From: Takakia lepidozioides
Taxonomy: Eukaryota > Plantae > Bryophyta
Reading direction: 5' to 3'
Assembly: GCA_030704615.1 (NCBI GenBank)
Contig: CM060733.1
Location: 49,724,001 to 49,788,000, forward strand
DNA: 64,000 nucleotides
Part shown: positions 1 through 11,945 of the stretch, piece by piece
Position numbering within the stretch: the first letter of the stretch is position 1
How the letters are laid out: each line of letters starts with the position of its first letter
Made by a program: the position numbers and the translations under genes
The notes under the pieces: model-generated
Database searches by the model: none
Seen by the model: the letters and a program-made list of their open reading frames with translations, nothing else
What the model was told of the DNA's origin: nothing

Positions 1-600
1 TTCTGACTATCATCAGCTGTTCCAACAATATGCCTCATCGCACTTCCTGCCACACGCTTAGACACTCATGGAAGGGGATGAATTGAAAGCACAAAGCTCC
101 CCCTATGTACGTCGGTGAGGTACCTCGCCTAACCCTAGGAGTCACGCACAGACAGAATCAGGAACGCATATAAACCAAAACCAATCACCCTCAAGGCCAA
201 TCGAATCCTTCCACACTCGCCATACATGTCGAAAACCAATTTAATGCATCCTCTCTCGGTGTCTATGTGCCTCCCATAAATTTATCGTATTGACACACCC
301 CGTGACAATTCCAGTGTCGAGAACCGGAATAACTCATGGAGTTGTCGGCTGCCAAGATGGCGCAGTAACTGTCAGTGCGTTGCAAACATTACCTCCACAC
401 CTCCTCCATGTCTGCACATGTGTGCAGACGATGACTGCCTAGACAGACACCACAATATGGATATATGGCCTTCTGAAACCCTCTGTATTCTCCTGAAACT
501 CTCTGTAACTATAAATTCTAAGGCCACAGAGCAAACCTCATGTTTGCATAGCGAAATTGCATGCAACCTCACATGCAGACACAACCACACCGCTAGCGCT
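1..600 (-). mobile_element. Degenerate non-LTR retrotransposon endonuclease-like remnant, truncated by the window edge
   Basis: Broken minus-strand frames give 'RHGGGVEVM' and 'GFRHVWRVWKDSIGLEGDWFWFICVP'. These resemble the GGGV and W...D..C.Y.P segments of LINE APE endonucleases. Recognised by eye only. Confidence 0.35.
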
Positions 601-791
601 TCTTAGCGCAGATATCCGCTACATCAAACAACGTCAAATCCATCTCTTCTATCTCTTCAATCACTTGAATCTCTTCAACACAAATCCCAGATTGAAGCGA
701 GCAGGGAAGGGATGGCAGGGGGCAAGCCTGCCCTCCAGCACCACAATAAGCACAAGAATCCCGCTGCTTGCCTGCGATCCCGGCCTTGAAC

Positions 792-1104
792 CGACCGGCG
801 CTGCGACGGGTAGCCCCCCGCCCGCTCTACCCTAACTACTCTCCCTGTTGTGAACGACGGGTTCTGCGGCGGGTGGCCCCCTGCCCGCTCTACCCTACCT
901 ACTCTTCCTGTAGTTAACGACCCAATCTGCGGCGGGTAGCCCATCCTAACTACTCTTCCCGTAGTTAACGACCAAAGTTTCGACGGGTGGACCCCTGCCC
1001 GCGGGTACCCTAACCACCCTTCCTGTTGTTAACGACCGGCGCTGCTACGGGTGGCCCCCGCCCGCGATACTGTACCCTAACTACTCATCCCGTTGCTAAC
1101 GACC
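792..1104. repeat. Imperfect tandem repeat, ~63-bp unit, 5 copies
   Basis: The unit cgac...gcgggt(a/g)gcccc(c)tgcccgc(tc)taccctaactactct(t)cctgt(a/t)gttaa recurs five times, one copy shortened. Confidence 0.85.
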
Positions 1105-1513
1105 TCGCGCTGCTTTTGCCCTCCTCCTCGTATTTTAGGGCACTGCCACCGCACTGCAGCCGGTCCTATGTTCGACTCTTCGTTCCAAACATCCATCCAG
1201 CATTGACCATCGGATAATGGTCAGAAGGGACTTACTGGAATCAGCCAAAGTCGCATAGCAGACTTTGACTTTATTTTGGGAACAATACCAATATCCAAGT
1301 TACTACTAAATTTAAAAACGTTCTGATTGGCTATTTGTTTTAAATAGGTTTTTTTTTTAAATGACGGAGGCCCTGTTAATCAAATAAATGAGGAAAACAA
1401 CCTCAAAAATTAAACCCTGCAGTCACACTGGGTTTTTTTTTTCTTTTTTTTTCTTTTTTTTAATAGAAAGGGATAGGCTTTCCGAGTCATATTCATATCT
1501 TCTATTGACAAGG

Positions 1514-1740
1514 AGCATGTAGCCGAGTGATAATGGGCACATACCACGTTGGATGTGGTTGTGGGTTCAAACCACGGTCTGGTGTGTCATGAAGGTGTCC
1601 AGTGTCCACCTTTCAGCTGGAAGGCAGTAGCCCTTGTGGTGAAGTGACACCATAAGTTACACTCCCTTGGTGGAGCCATCATACTTTTCTTTTTCTTTCT
1701 TTTTATCTTTGATTTTCTTTCTTTTTCTTTCTCTAGAAAG
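1514..1740 (+). mobile_element. Possible tRNA-derived SINE (Pol III A/B boxes)
   Basis: A-box-like tagccgagtg (~1519) and B-box ggttcaaacc (~1564) at tRNA-like spacing, with no cloverleaf, followed by a T/C-rich tail. Confidence 0.35.
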
Positions 1741-3265
1741 TGTCGGGTTCGTCCCTTGCCGGGATGTTTGCTTCGTAGTTCATATATGCAAGGGTTAAGC
1801 TAGAGTTGCTCCGCCTTTCCCACATACGAAAGAAGGAATTTTAGTAGTCGTCATCCAATATTTACTTCACTTCGTGCAACATACTGAAAAACATCCCTCC
1901 TCCAAAATCTGTTTTCTACGACATCTATCTCGTATCTTTTTATTTTTTTATTTTTCTTTAAAGAAAGGGGACAGATGCCCTTTTAGTCAAATTAAATAAG
2001 AAGGTGTCACATTTGGTGGAAAAAATAACCAACACTGGGGCAGTGAAGGCTTACTGTGGGGGTTACATCCCCCATTATTTCTACAAAAGATCCGAAGTCT
2101 AGTTTTCTTTCTTCTCGAAATATTACTGAAATAATCAATTTTCTTAATAAGTTTGCCACCCGACCACCTTGTTGAGTACTGTCCACTTTTCTTTTTTTTT
2201 TAATGAAGGGGATGAAGCCCGAACATTTTATTGATAAGAGGGGAAAAAATAAACCCCTAGAGTCGTAGAGGAAAGTTGTGAATGCTTCACAAGGTAACTT
2301 TTGGTTTCTTTTTTTCTTTACTTTTTTTTCTTTTTTTTAAAGTAACATGGGACAGAGGCTCTTAAAGTTATTATTCTCTTGACTTATGCCAGTTAATGTG
2401 CCGCAATTTACTATACTATTCTTTATTTTATTTTATGACTGGGGATTCTATGGAATCCTGTTTCGGGTTTTGAGTACTTTTTGCAGATTTTATTATGTTT
2501 GATGATTCCAACTGCGTTTAAACTTCTGAAAACATGGCCCACCTTCTCAAAATGAAACAGTTGGTAAATTCTACTGAATTCTTTGATCTATCGACTGTTT
2601 AGAAAACGATCATGCAATTGGATCATGCAGGAGGGGCTATACAGAGTTGATTGTCTGCATGGCGAGACATAATTGACCAACAATTGGGCTCACACCGGTG
2701 GCAACTTTTTACCCATATTTAAGCTTCATGATGTTAGTGAGTGAACACTATAAGCTAGCCCTCACACTCTAAATAAAAGGTCCAATTTGTAAGTTGTCGT
2801 TCGTGGTTCTCTTTAAAAATTAAATATAGAATAAATAGCTCATAAAAAATCACGCACAGGGATTATGGGAGGGCTAATCGGATAATTACTATCTTTTGTA
2901 AATAATGAAATTTCTTTTAATTTATAATTAATTTTAAAATTGATAAAATTATTACCAATCTTCATCATCTTCCATGATCAATTGTCATCCATTGCCATTT
3001 TTATACCCAACTAGGGTAGCCTATGTCATTGGACCAAGTGTCCAGTGTCATCTCAGTAAAGTGCAATGTGTCTAGAGACCGTGCAGTTTGGGAGATCTCC
3101 ACGTCATTCTTCTAGGAAAGCCCACTTTGCTATTTTTCACGAATTCCAGCAACCAAAAACACTTGAAATTCCATATCTCCCACACCGCAGGCCAAAATTG
3201 TGAGACCAAACAAGTGCGCCACCTCATCGAGGGCTTTACTAAGCACCAAGGTTGGGCCCGCGCAC

Positions 3266-4174
3266 CACTACGTTTAGGGGGGTTTAGCGACGCTGGCGCC
3301 TCTCCCGTGCGACGCCCCGCCACGTCCCCAATCTTGCGACGCCCAGGACATCGCAAACATAATGCCAAAATCCACAAAAACGTTGATTTTGGCCAAGTCC
3401 TCCATCGCAGCTTGGTTGTGACGCATTGGGGGTCAGCCCCTGGTGCGACCTTCTAGACGTCGGTTGGGAAGTTGCGACGCCTTGGGCATCACTTCAAGCA
3501 TCCCGAAAAAAATATAAAATAAATAAATAAAAATGTCATTTTTTATTTTTATTTTTTGGAAGGGGACTGAGGCCCTGCTCGAACTTTATATTTTTTAAAT
3601 GTGACGCCCCGGACGTTGCTTCAACGAGCCTAAAAAAAAAAAAAAACGTCGTTTTTTAAATGCGACACTCTAGGCATTGTTGTTGAGTTTTTTCTTTGGT
3701 TAGTCATTTGGGCAACGCGCCTCAAAATGACTTAATCATTTTTTGGTTTCTGCAATAGATGATACAGGAAAAGCGACGCCAGAGACGTCGCTTACATTTG
3801 AGTGACGCGAGAATTGCTGCTTTGAGGTCCTGATGAGCAACGGTCGTATGCATGAACTACCTTATGTACAATTAAATCATGAATTTGTGTGTAAATTTTA
3901 TAACTGATATGTTGGCAAGTGTGAAGTGTCTTACTATATGTATAATCTGGAGGTCTTGAGTTCAAATTTGTCTAACAACATGTTGAATGAATTAGGAATA
4001 AGATATGTGTTGACTACTTGCAAACACATGCTCATGGGTTAGGTTTGATACTACGTGGCAAGTGTGTGTCATGCCATTTTTTCAAAATTCAAAATTCAAA
4101 AAAAAACTCAAAAGTGACTCCCACGGCGTCGCTCCCAAACAGCGACCTCCATGGCGTCGCATTTAAAAAGCGAG

Positions 4175-4215
<41 letters not shown>

Positions 4216-4437
4216 TTTTGTTCGCCCCCTCTATATGGCTATAACAACGCCCCGGGCGTCACAAGTGCGGATTTCAGGGGGGTTGGATCTTCGACCCCCC
4301 AGGCGTAGCCTTAAGTCCTACATCTGCGACGCCAACGACGTCGCAAATTCGTAATTTCCGCGGGCCCAAAAATAGGTGAAACAGCGACGTCTGGGCGCTA
4401 AAACCCCTCTCTCTCCCCCCCCCCGAAAGGTGTAGTG
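3266..4437. mobile_element. Non-autonomous CACTA-like DNA transposon
   Basis: Begins CACTACG...GGGGGGTTTAGCG and ends CGCTAAAACCCC...GTAGTG. Many subterminal GCGACG(C/T)C motifs in both orientations. No clean 3-bp TSD. Confidence 0.55.
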
Positions 4438-4714
4438 GCGGTTTGGGAGATATCAACGCTACAAAACAAACAAACAAACTATTTTGCTTCATATATTGAT
4501 GAGACAAGGAAGATATAAAAGATATCGTGTGTTACATTGAACATACATCGTTATCTAACCACACTAGTATAATATACCATGTATGAACCTTAAATGGATC
4601 CATGTATTAATTTTGTCGTTGTCATATATTTTTCAATTTTACAGCTTTGTACTAGATCAAAAGGTCGGGTGCAAAGAGAGCCTCATCATTACTTGCATGA
4701 CTACAATGTATGAC

Positions 4715-4958
4715 CTTCTCTAGAAGGTCGAGATGATATGGTGTGGAAAGATGATTATGTGCACAATTACACGCCATGTCACGCTTTTCATGTGGATGGG
4801 AGGATGGATCCAAACCAACTTGAACATGTAATCTGGACATGCCATTGATGTTGCGACCATATTGGTATGTGATGGATGCTCAATGAGATGGCACATGAGA
4901 TACTTTGACATCACCACTTGGGGAGGTTCATATTGGGAAATGGTTGTATCCACGTTGC
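4715..4958 (+). pseudogene. Decayed Ty3/Gypsy integrase C-terminus with PHD finger, of the same type as the element at 39-50 kb
   Basis: Translates with a frameshift to LLEGRDDMVWKDDYVHNYTPCHAFHVDGRMDPN...ATILVCDGCSMRWHMRY...EVHIGKWLYPRC. This aligns to LEGRDGITWKDHVRNCAPCHLPNVDGRIDPN...ATMLMWDRCSRGWHMGC...VPDGDWLCPQC in ORF 39839..40864. Confidence 0.75.
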
Positions 4959-5493
4959 ATTTGTAGAATATAGAAAATGGGGGTGCATAACAATGTGGAT
5001 GTTGATACTGGACCCAAGATTGAGTTAGTGAGGGACTAATGCCAGAGACATTTAGGTCAGCCCCGCCAGTATGGCCCATGGGGTTAGCTCATAAGCCCAC
5101 CGCCCATCCACCGGATGATCCGCAAGGCGGGGGCATTGGATAGTCTAGTCTATTCTGGAGAGTCTGCTCGAGGGTCCACTCTACAGTCTAGTCCACTTAG
5201 TCTAGTCCACTGGAGGGTGGACTCTGAGTCCACTTGCCCAATCCGCTGGAAGGTCCGCAGCCATAGAGGAACAAGACTTAGGAAATTTTAAAAAGAACCA
5301 TTATACAAAACATAATAATTAATAACACACATTAATACTACGGCCCATTACCAACTAACCAGAATTGAACAATTGCTCTTAACCACCACATTACCCGCTG
5401 TTTTCTACAAACCTTGGAAATAACTAATGTCTTATGCGCATTACCTGTACATGTTTCATGTCACTACACGGTTTTGTTTTTTGGGGGAAGACG

Positions 5494-6495
5494 AGGGTAG
5501 CTACCGTGTGAGCAGTTCACGTGAACACGCTCACGCTTTAAGTGGTAAACGTGAGCAGAATCCCTTAAGCATAAACAGATTAGTGAATGGGACAACCGAG
5601 GAAAGAAGATGGCCTATTGCCGTGGACAAAAACTACTCTGCACGGACGCAATTTCCACCCCATCCGATGGAAGAATCCTTGCTGGGTGACGACCATATGG
5701 TACGAATATGCGATGAAAAGCTGCTGGATGAATAGTTTTAAGATGAATGAAAAAAACAATGGATGAATGTTGGATGACTTTTGGATGAAAAATGAGCGAC
5801 ATGAATGAACCATGGTGCGTGTGCAGGTGTTCGGGATTAAGGTGTCATCAACAACATCTTAATTCCCAGTACGAGTTGGCACATGACAGCTTACAGAAAA
5901 ACCAAAATCCCCAAATTTTTTTTCGCAAAAACATTAACCAAAAAAAATTTCAACCCAAAAAACTTTCAAAGCGAAGAAGCCTTGGCGGTAAGGCGGTGTG
6001 TGTGCAGGTGGTAAGGTGTCGTCAGCGACATCTTAATTCCCAACAAGTTTTCAAAAAATAATAAAAAAACCGTTTTTCTTTTTTTTTTCTTTTTTTCTTT
6101 TTCCCGAATGTGCCAGATTAAGGTGTCGTCAACGCCATCTTATTTCCTAGCAAGTTTTCAAAATTAAATAAAAAAACAAAAAAAACAAATCCGTTTTATT
6201 TTTATTTTTATTTTTATTTTAACCCCGAATGTGCCAGATTAAGGTGTCGTCAACGACATCTTAATTCCCAGTACGAGTTGACATTTATCATAGACATTCA
6301 TCTGCCATTCATCCCTCATTCGTCCCAGCAGCATCCATAACCGAGCTTGTAATACTGGCCACTATGCGTAGTAATAGGTCTTCTAAGTCGAGTAGGCGCC
6401 CGCGGTTATAGGTGGGCTGATCCTGAAACGCGAGCAGATTTCTGCTCATGGATTTTTCTGCTCACGGATTTTTCTGCTTACAGAATAGCATCCCC
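5494..6495. mobile_element. Possible MITE with degenerate TIRs and four internal ~30-bp repeats
   Basis: The ends gggtagctaccgtgtgagcag and ctgcttacagaatagcatccc are loosely complementary. The motif taaggtgtc(g/a)tca(a/g)cgacatcttaattccc occurs at ~5838, ~6012, ~6119 and ~6240. Confidence 0.35.
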
Positions 6496-6499
6496 CGTT

Positions 6500-7003
6500 A
6501 GGGACGCGTCGCTATTCGCCTATTTCCGAGCCCGTGGAAATCGCGAATTTGCATTGCAGATGCGTCGTTATGAGACGTCGCAGATGCAGGACTTCAGGCG
6601 ACGCCTGGGAGGTCGCAGATCCAACCCCCCTGAAAATCCCAACTTGTAATGCCCGGGGTGTCGCAACAGCCATACAGAAGGCAAAAAAACAAAAAAACAA
6701 AAAAAACGTCGTTTTTTTAAATGCGACGCCTTGGGGGTCACTTTTGAGTTTTATTTTTATTTTTTATTTTGAAAAATAGTGGATACACACGGTTCAAAAA
6801 ATAGCGGGACACACACTTGCCTCGTAATGTCAAACCTAACCCATGAGCATGTGTTTGCAAGAAGCCAACACACATTGAGTTCCTAATTCATTCAACGTGT
6901 TGTTAGACAAATTTGAACTCAATACCTCTAGATTATACACATAGTAAGAAACTTCACACTAACCAACATATCAGTTATAAAACTTACATACAAACTCATT
7001 TAA
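6500..7003 (-). mobile_element. Second, inverted partial copy of the CACTA-like element
   Basis: Its reverse complement matches ~3873-4395, e.g. ttcaaatttgtctaacaac and caaacacatgctcatgggttaggtttga. Confidence 0.8.
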
Positions 7004-7629
7004 TGGAGATTCCCACCACCCCGATATAGACAACTTATTTGTGCCCCGAGTCTCTTTACTTCACACAGTGTCATTTGCTACCACATTTGCTGGTGGATCC
7101 TCTTCCAATCAACCCATTCTTTCACCTCCAACCATTGCAGTTCGAGGTCGTGTGGAGAACATGATGTCAGCTGTGCAGGAGTCCGTTTGTAGTGACTCTG
7201 AGTGGCACATAGAGTGCACTGCAGTTGGCTCTAGAGTGGGATGTACAATAGTCCGCGCGACTATTTTTGTCAAACGCACCTCAAAGATAGCCAAAGGCTC
7301 TAGGGGCACTCCTGCTCCTACGTTCACAAGGTTGTTTCGACCATGTAAAACAAAGGAGTCCAAGGTTCATAAGTTTTGGTTTTACCCAAATGACGTGACT
7401 TGATGTGTGAATGGGATAGTACGCGACTCCGCCATAATGAAGCCTCCTAGAGGCCTCTATCCAACATTTGGATAGTGAAGGCGGGAACCTCCCTCTCATC
7501 GCATATTGGAGGACGTTGGGGTTCGTCTTGCACATTTTGCAGTGGAGCGTAGACCCGGCCCAAGCACGACTTTGTCTTATGTTGCTCAAGTGCCTCATGT
7601 CGGGGCCAATTCGCACCCCATGAAAAGGA

Positions 7630-7910
7630 ATGGAAAAACTGCGTTATGTCCCTTCAGGTGCAGATCACAACTGCAATGTAAAATTAGTAAAAATTCTCCA
7701 AGGGCAAGTAATAGGTACCATGGAAGTTCATCTCCCTGGCTATGGTCAAGTGTACACATTGGTCACTTCTGCTTTTGTTCTTCATGACAGTGTATATCAC
7801 GTTATTGTGGGAACTTTTCTAGACTACAACTATCCAAATTTCATAAGTGCATGAGGTAGTATTGGGAAGATAGGAAAGTGGGTCCCCTGCAAGCATCAGT
7901 ACTACATCTA
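7630..7910 (+). pseudogene. Decayed SWIM zinc-finger coding remnant, probably TE-derived
   Basis: YHVIVGTFLDYNYPNF...*...GKWVPCKHQYY fits SWIM CxC-x(n)-CxH, with the first two Cys replaced by Tyr and an internal stop. Confidence 0.5.
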
Positions 7911-10272
7911 CCTGCACAGAATGTATGGTGACCCAAAAAGAGACCAGTTCATTCACCAGACCATGCTTGGTCTCAGCAAAGTTCATGACTCTTCTTCGAC
8001 GTGACAATTCACAAATAGAGTGAATAATAGCCTATGTATTGTTTGGGAGTATGTCCCTGCTCCTTCTGAAGATTGCAAGTTGTCATGGATGTTGACTATA
8101 GCTATGCTATATTAGAACATTTCAATATGTCTTTCATATAAACATTTCTGGGTGGCTTCAATCCAATTCATACAATGCTTGTTCATATCTTTCAAGTGAA
8201 TGCATGCTCTGCTTTTGCCTTGCTTGTATGTTCTGCTTATGCGTGCACATTTTGTGGAACCTTTGGACCACTCGAATATTTGTGTGTGCTTTGTGGTTGT
8301 TTTAACTACGGTAATGGGCCCTCCCCGTTATGTCCTCGGCTATAGGACTTGCTTCTCCTTCTCGAGTGGCTTGGGCTCACAACCCAACGTCTCACAGACT
8401 CATGGGACTGTGCAAGTACTTAAGTGTCGGAGAGTTTGTCTCCACGTGGTACTGCTTGCTGCACTAATTATATGTCTTCGTCATACTCTGCTCAAAAGCA
8501 CTTATATTTGAATCTATTTTGCTGCCATGTCTGGCATCTTTTGGTGCTTTTACAATGTACTCCTTCTCCTAATGATCCACATCACTAATGTAGGATGTGG
8601 TAGCTCTAAGCACTTCTAAAGTATGATAATGCGCGCTAGTGTATTATCGCGAGAAGCAAGGAAAGGCTTCCATTCTTCAATACATGTCCATTGTAACGCT
8701 GACTCAGACAATTTGCCACGAGGCCAAAAACAAGGTGCAACATTTGTTGCATTTGATGTTTTATATCACACTTTTGTTTAATAGGCTAGGTAACTTATCC
8801 CACACGGTACATGATCAACGTGCCACTTCGTACCGTGGACTCTGAAGGTGTGGTGAAGCTATGACACATCCCACAAGTCTTGGGCTTATTTTAAAGATGT
8901 GTGAGATCATTCGTGAAATGTGCAAAGTGTGAGATGCTGGCGGTGTGGAAATACCTATTTCTCCTCTAGTATAATGACTATTAAAGTTGGGGTTGTTGTT
9001 TATGGCACAACAACCATACCTATATATTGGATCAATTGATTTTTAGCATGGCCAGATTCGGTGACAAAGTAGGTATTTTGAATGTTGTATTATTTCTCAT
9101 ATTTATAACTAATCGTATTGTAGTTCAAATGATTTCATGTCCATGCATTGCCTCATTAACAAGCGACTAGTCACGTATGGCTCCTCTTTGTGAATAGTGA
9201 CATCTACTTTCATCCATAATAAACTTGAGAATTCATCAATTTATTCTTCATAAATTATTCACTAAGAGAGATGCTACCTGAGAGAGGTGTTACTTGGAGG
9301 CATAGGAAGTAGTTTTTGCAAAGGAGATGAGGTGACATCTGGGGATATAAGGCACAACAGGGGCATAGCAATTTTGACACTGATGCGTAGTTTTCTCTTT
9401 ATTCTAAAGAGGAGCCAATAAACTAGCGTAGATCCATTATGAATAGTCATTTATCTATCGGATAATTCACATGGTATATATTTATTTATTGATACCCTTG
9501 ATTGATATCTACCAGCCATGCAAAATTCCAATGGTAAGTGTATTTGAATATACCCTTATGAGTTTAAAATAACAACACTTACCATAAATAACCAATTATC
9601 CTTACCTGACGGGCACCATGATAATGATTTACCATGATCGTAGGATATGTCTAACTAAACAACACTAGAGGCGTAGACCTAGCTTTGGAAAGAGTTTTGG
9701 TTGGATTGACTTCGAGATCGGATTTGAGATCGACCCCTAGACCAACTCCTGGACCGGCCCTTGGATTGGCTCCTAGAATTACTTCTGGATAACTTCTGGA
9801 TAGTTGGCTTGTTCTTACATGTCCTCTCTCTTTGTCATAGAGCACGCACACATATGCTGCGTGTATAATCTGCAAAATATAGTATTAGAACAATTGAACT
9901 AGCAACTTTGCTTTACACATATAGAGCCCAAGGGAAAGAGATGACACCAATAGGAGTCAGCATAAGCAAGAGCCTCTTCCTCTTTGTGGAAACTGCCCCA
10001 TTTTTGTGGGTGGGCTACCTTTACACATGAAGTGCATTCATCTGAAGAGAATCTGAACAACCAAAATTGATGTATATCAATTACCGTCTCATACTCTGGG
10101 GACAAGTAGTGGCTTCTTTTAGTTTTGCTAAGAGGCCATTTGGTTGTTTTTGCGCCTACATTCATTGCCCATTCATCACAACCAAAAGTTGGCCACTATT
10201 CATCTATATACTTATTCCATTTTCTTCTCTGAATTTTAAACTTTCAATTCCTCAAAGGACCCGATATGTCAG

Positions 10273-10604
10273 CCAATATTGTACAACATTCACTCCCCCC
10301 ACATCTCCAAACGTCGACAATCGCAACTTTGTCACAAGCCATAGCTGATATCATTTGAGCCGAGACAATTTCAACGTAACATATGCACTTTGGTGTTCAC
10401 AGCTTTGCAAATGGAATATATTAACAGAAAAGAAAGAACCAATATTGTACAACATTCACTCCCCCCACATCTCCAAATGTCGACAATCGTAACTTTGTCA
10501 CAAGCCATAGCTGAGATCATTTGAGCCGAGACAATTTCAAAGTAACATATGCACTTTGGTTTCCACAGCTTTGCAAATGGAATATATTAACAGAAAAGAA
10601 AGAA
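10273..10604. repeat. 166-bp tandem duplication, 2 copies
   Basis: 10273-10438 and 10439-10604 are near-identical (ccaatattgtacaac...cagaaaagaaagaa). Confidence 0.95.
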
Positions 10605-11903
10605 CTGTACTGCAAGCGTAATTCATGGTGTCCTCTCACTCCGAAGGGCTACTGTCTTCCTTCCGTTTGGAAGATGGACACCTTTTAACGACCGTAACCA
10701 TGGCAATATGATTGCCCAACCCTCCCCAAGGACTAAATTCAATAATTGTTTTGACTTATAATGCATGCATGATATCCTCTGAATTTGGTTCCTTATTCCT
10801 TACCCGAGGTAACTTCCAGGCCAACAAATAGCAGATGATATACACAACCTGTTCCCCAACAATAACCACGCGACACTTCATTCGTCCACTCTATATCAAG
10901 TATACCACTCTCTAAAAGTTGCAGTATTTGTTTGAGGAAAAATATTCCGAGGACTCTTTATTCATTCATGAGACTAACAAGTGTTCGTGGCGCTCTATGC
11001 TCCAATTTTATTTACATTTAGTTTTTTCAATTAGGATAGGCAAGCTGTGATGGAAGACAAAATGATTAGCAAAATGAGCTCTAGCCCAAGCAATTGGTTG
11101 ATAATTAGTTCGCCACCTCAACAAATGGTGTTAAATTTGATGGAATTCCCTTGCAATTGTATGATAGCAAGTACATTTTTCATGCAAGACTATGATTCAA
11201 ATTGGTTAACAACACAGTAGAGAATCATCTTAAATGAGAGCATTGCATGTGTCCAATATATATTGAAGCAAATTCAAGTCTTCTTATGCAAGAAGGTTTC
11301 AATACTTCGGCACTTGAATTGCAATAATTCCTAAAGTAGTGGCAGTTGTTGTAGAAGTGTAGAAGGGGGTTCTTCGTGTCAGTCATGACTTTTTTGCCCA
11401 TTCTCCTTGCCAAAAGCATGCTGCAAATCCCCTCAAGACCTTGTTTGGTAAGCATATCATTTTTCTTATGACAAAGCATTTAAATTGTGTTGTGCTCCAC
11501 ATCTATCATGCTTGCATGTTCTACACACGTATTGTCCACAAATAAACAACTTTCACAACATTTGCATCATTTGTTTTAGCATACGATGCTGTTGTGATTA
11601 GAGCCATGTTGGATGGGATCTGAAATAGGTCAGAAAAACTGTGACACCACATGTTACTCGAAATCAGAAGATGGTGTAGCTACCATATTGCAAAATGTTA
11701 CATAGTTCATTTGATGAGAGGTTTGCTAAAGGCTTTATTTGTCATAAAAGCCTATGTCGCCATTCATCATATGGCGGGATGACTAGAGCAAAAGCAAGGA
11801 ATTGAGATCTTCTAGCATCTCTCTCATCCATATATTGTGTGCATACTTAGGGTTATGTGGTTGAAATTTGTGAAGAGCAAATTACACTTCATAGTGAATT
11901 GCA

Positions 11904-11945
11904 TCTCTCTCTCTCTCTCATACACACACACACACACACACACAC
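11904..11945. repeat. (CT)n/(CA)n compound microsatellite
   Basis: Directly visible dinucleotide runs. Confidence 0.9.

Noticed and set aside
792-1104. Repeat array as a CRISPR array
   Set aside because: The units are contiguous and degenerate, with no unique spacers and no cas genes, in a eukaryotic context.
1514-1585. tRNA gene
   Set aside because: It has A/B boxes but no acceptor or anticodon stems, so it is kept only as a possible SINE.
5836-6272. Four ~30-bp partly palindromic repeats with spacers as a CRISPR-like array
   Set aside because: Spacers are irregular (~75-145 bp) and low-complexity A/T. TE subterminal repeats explain them better.
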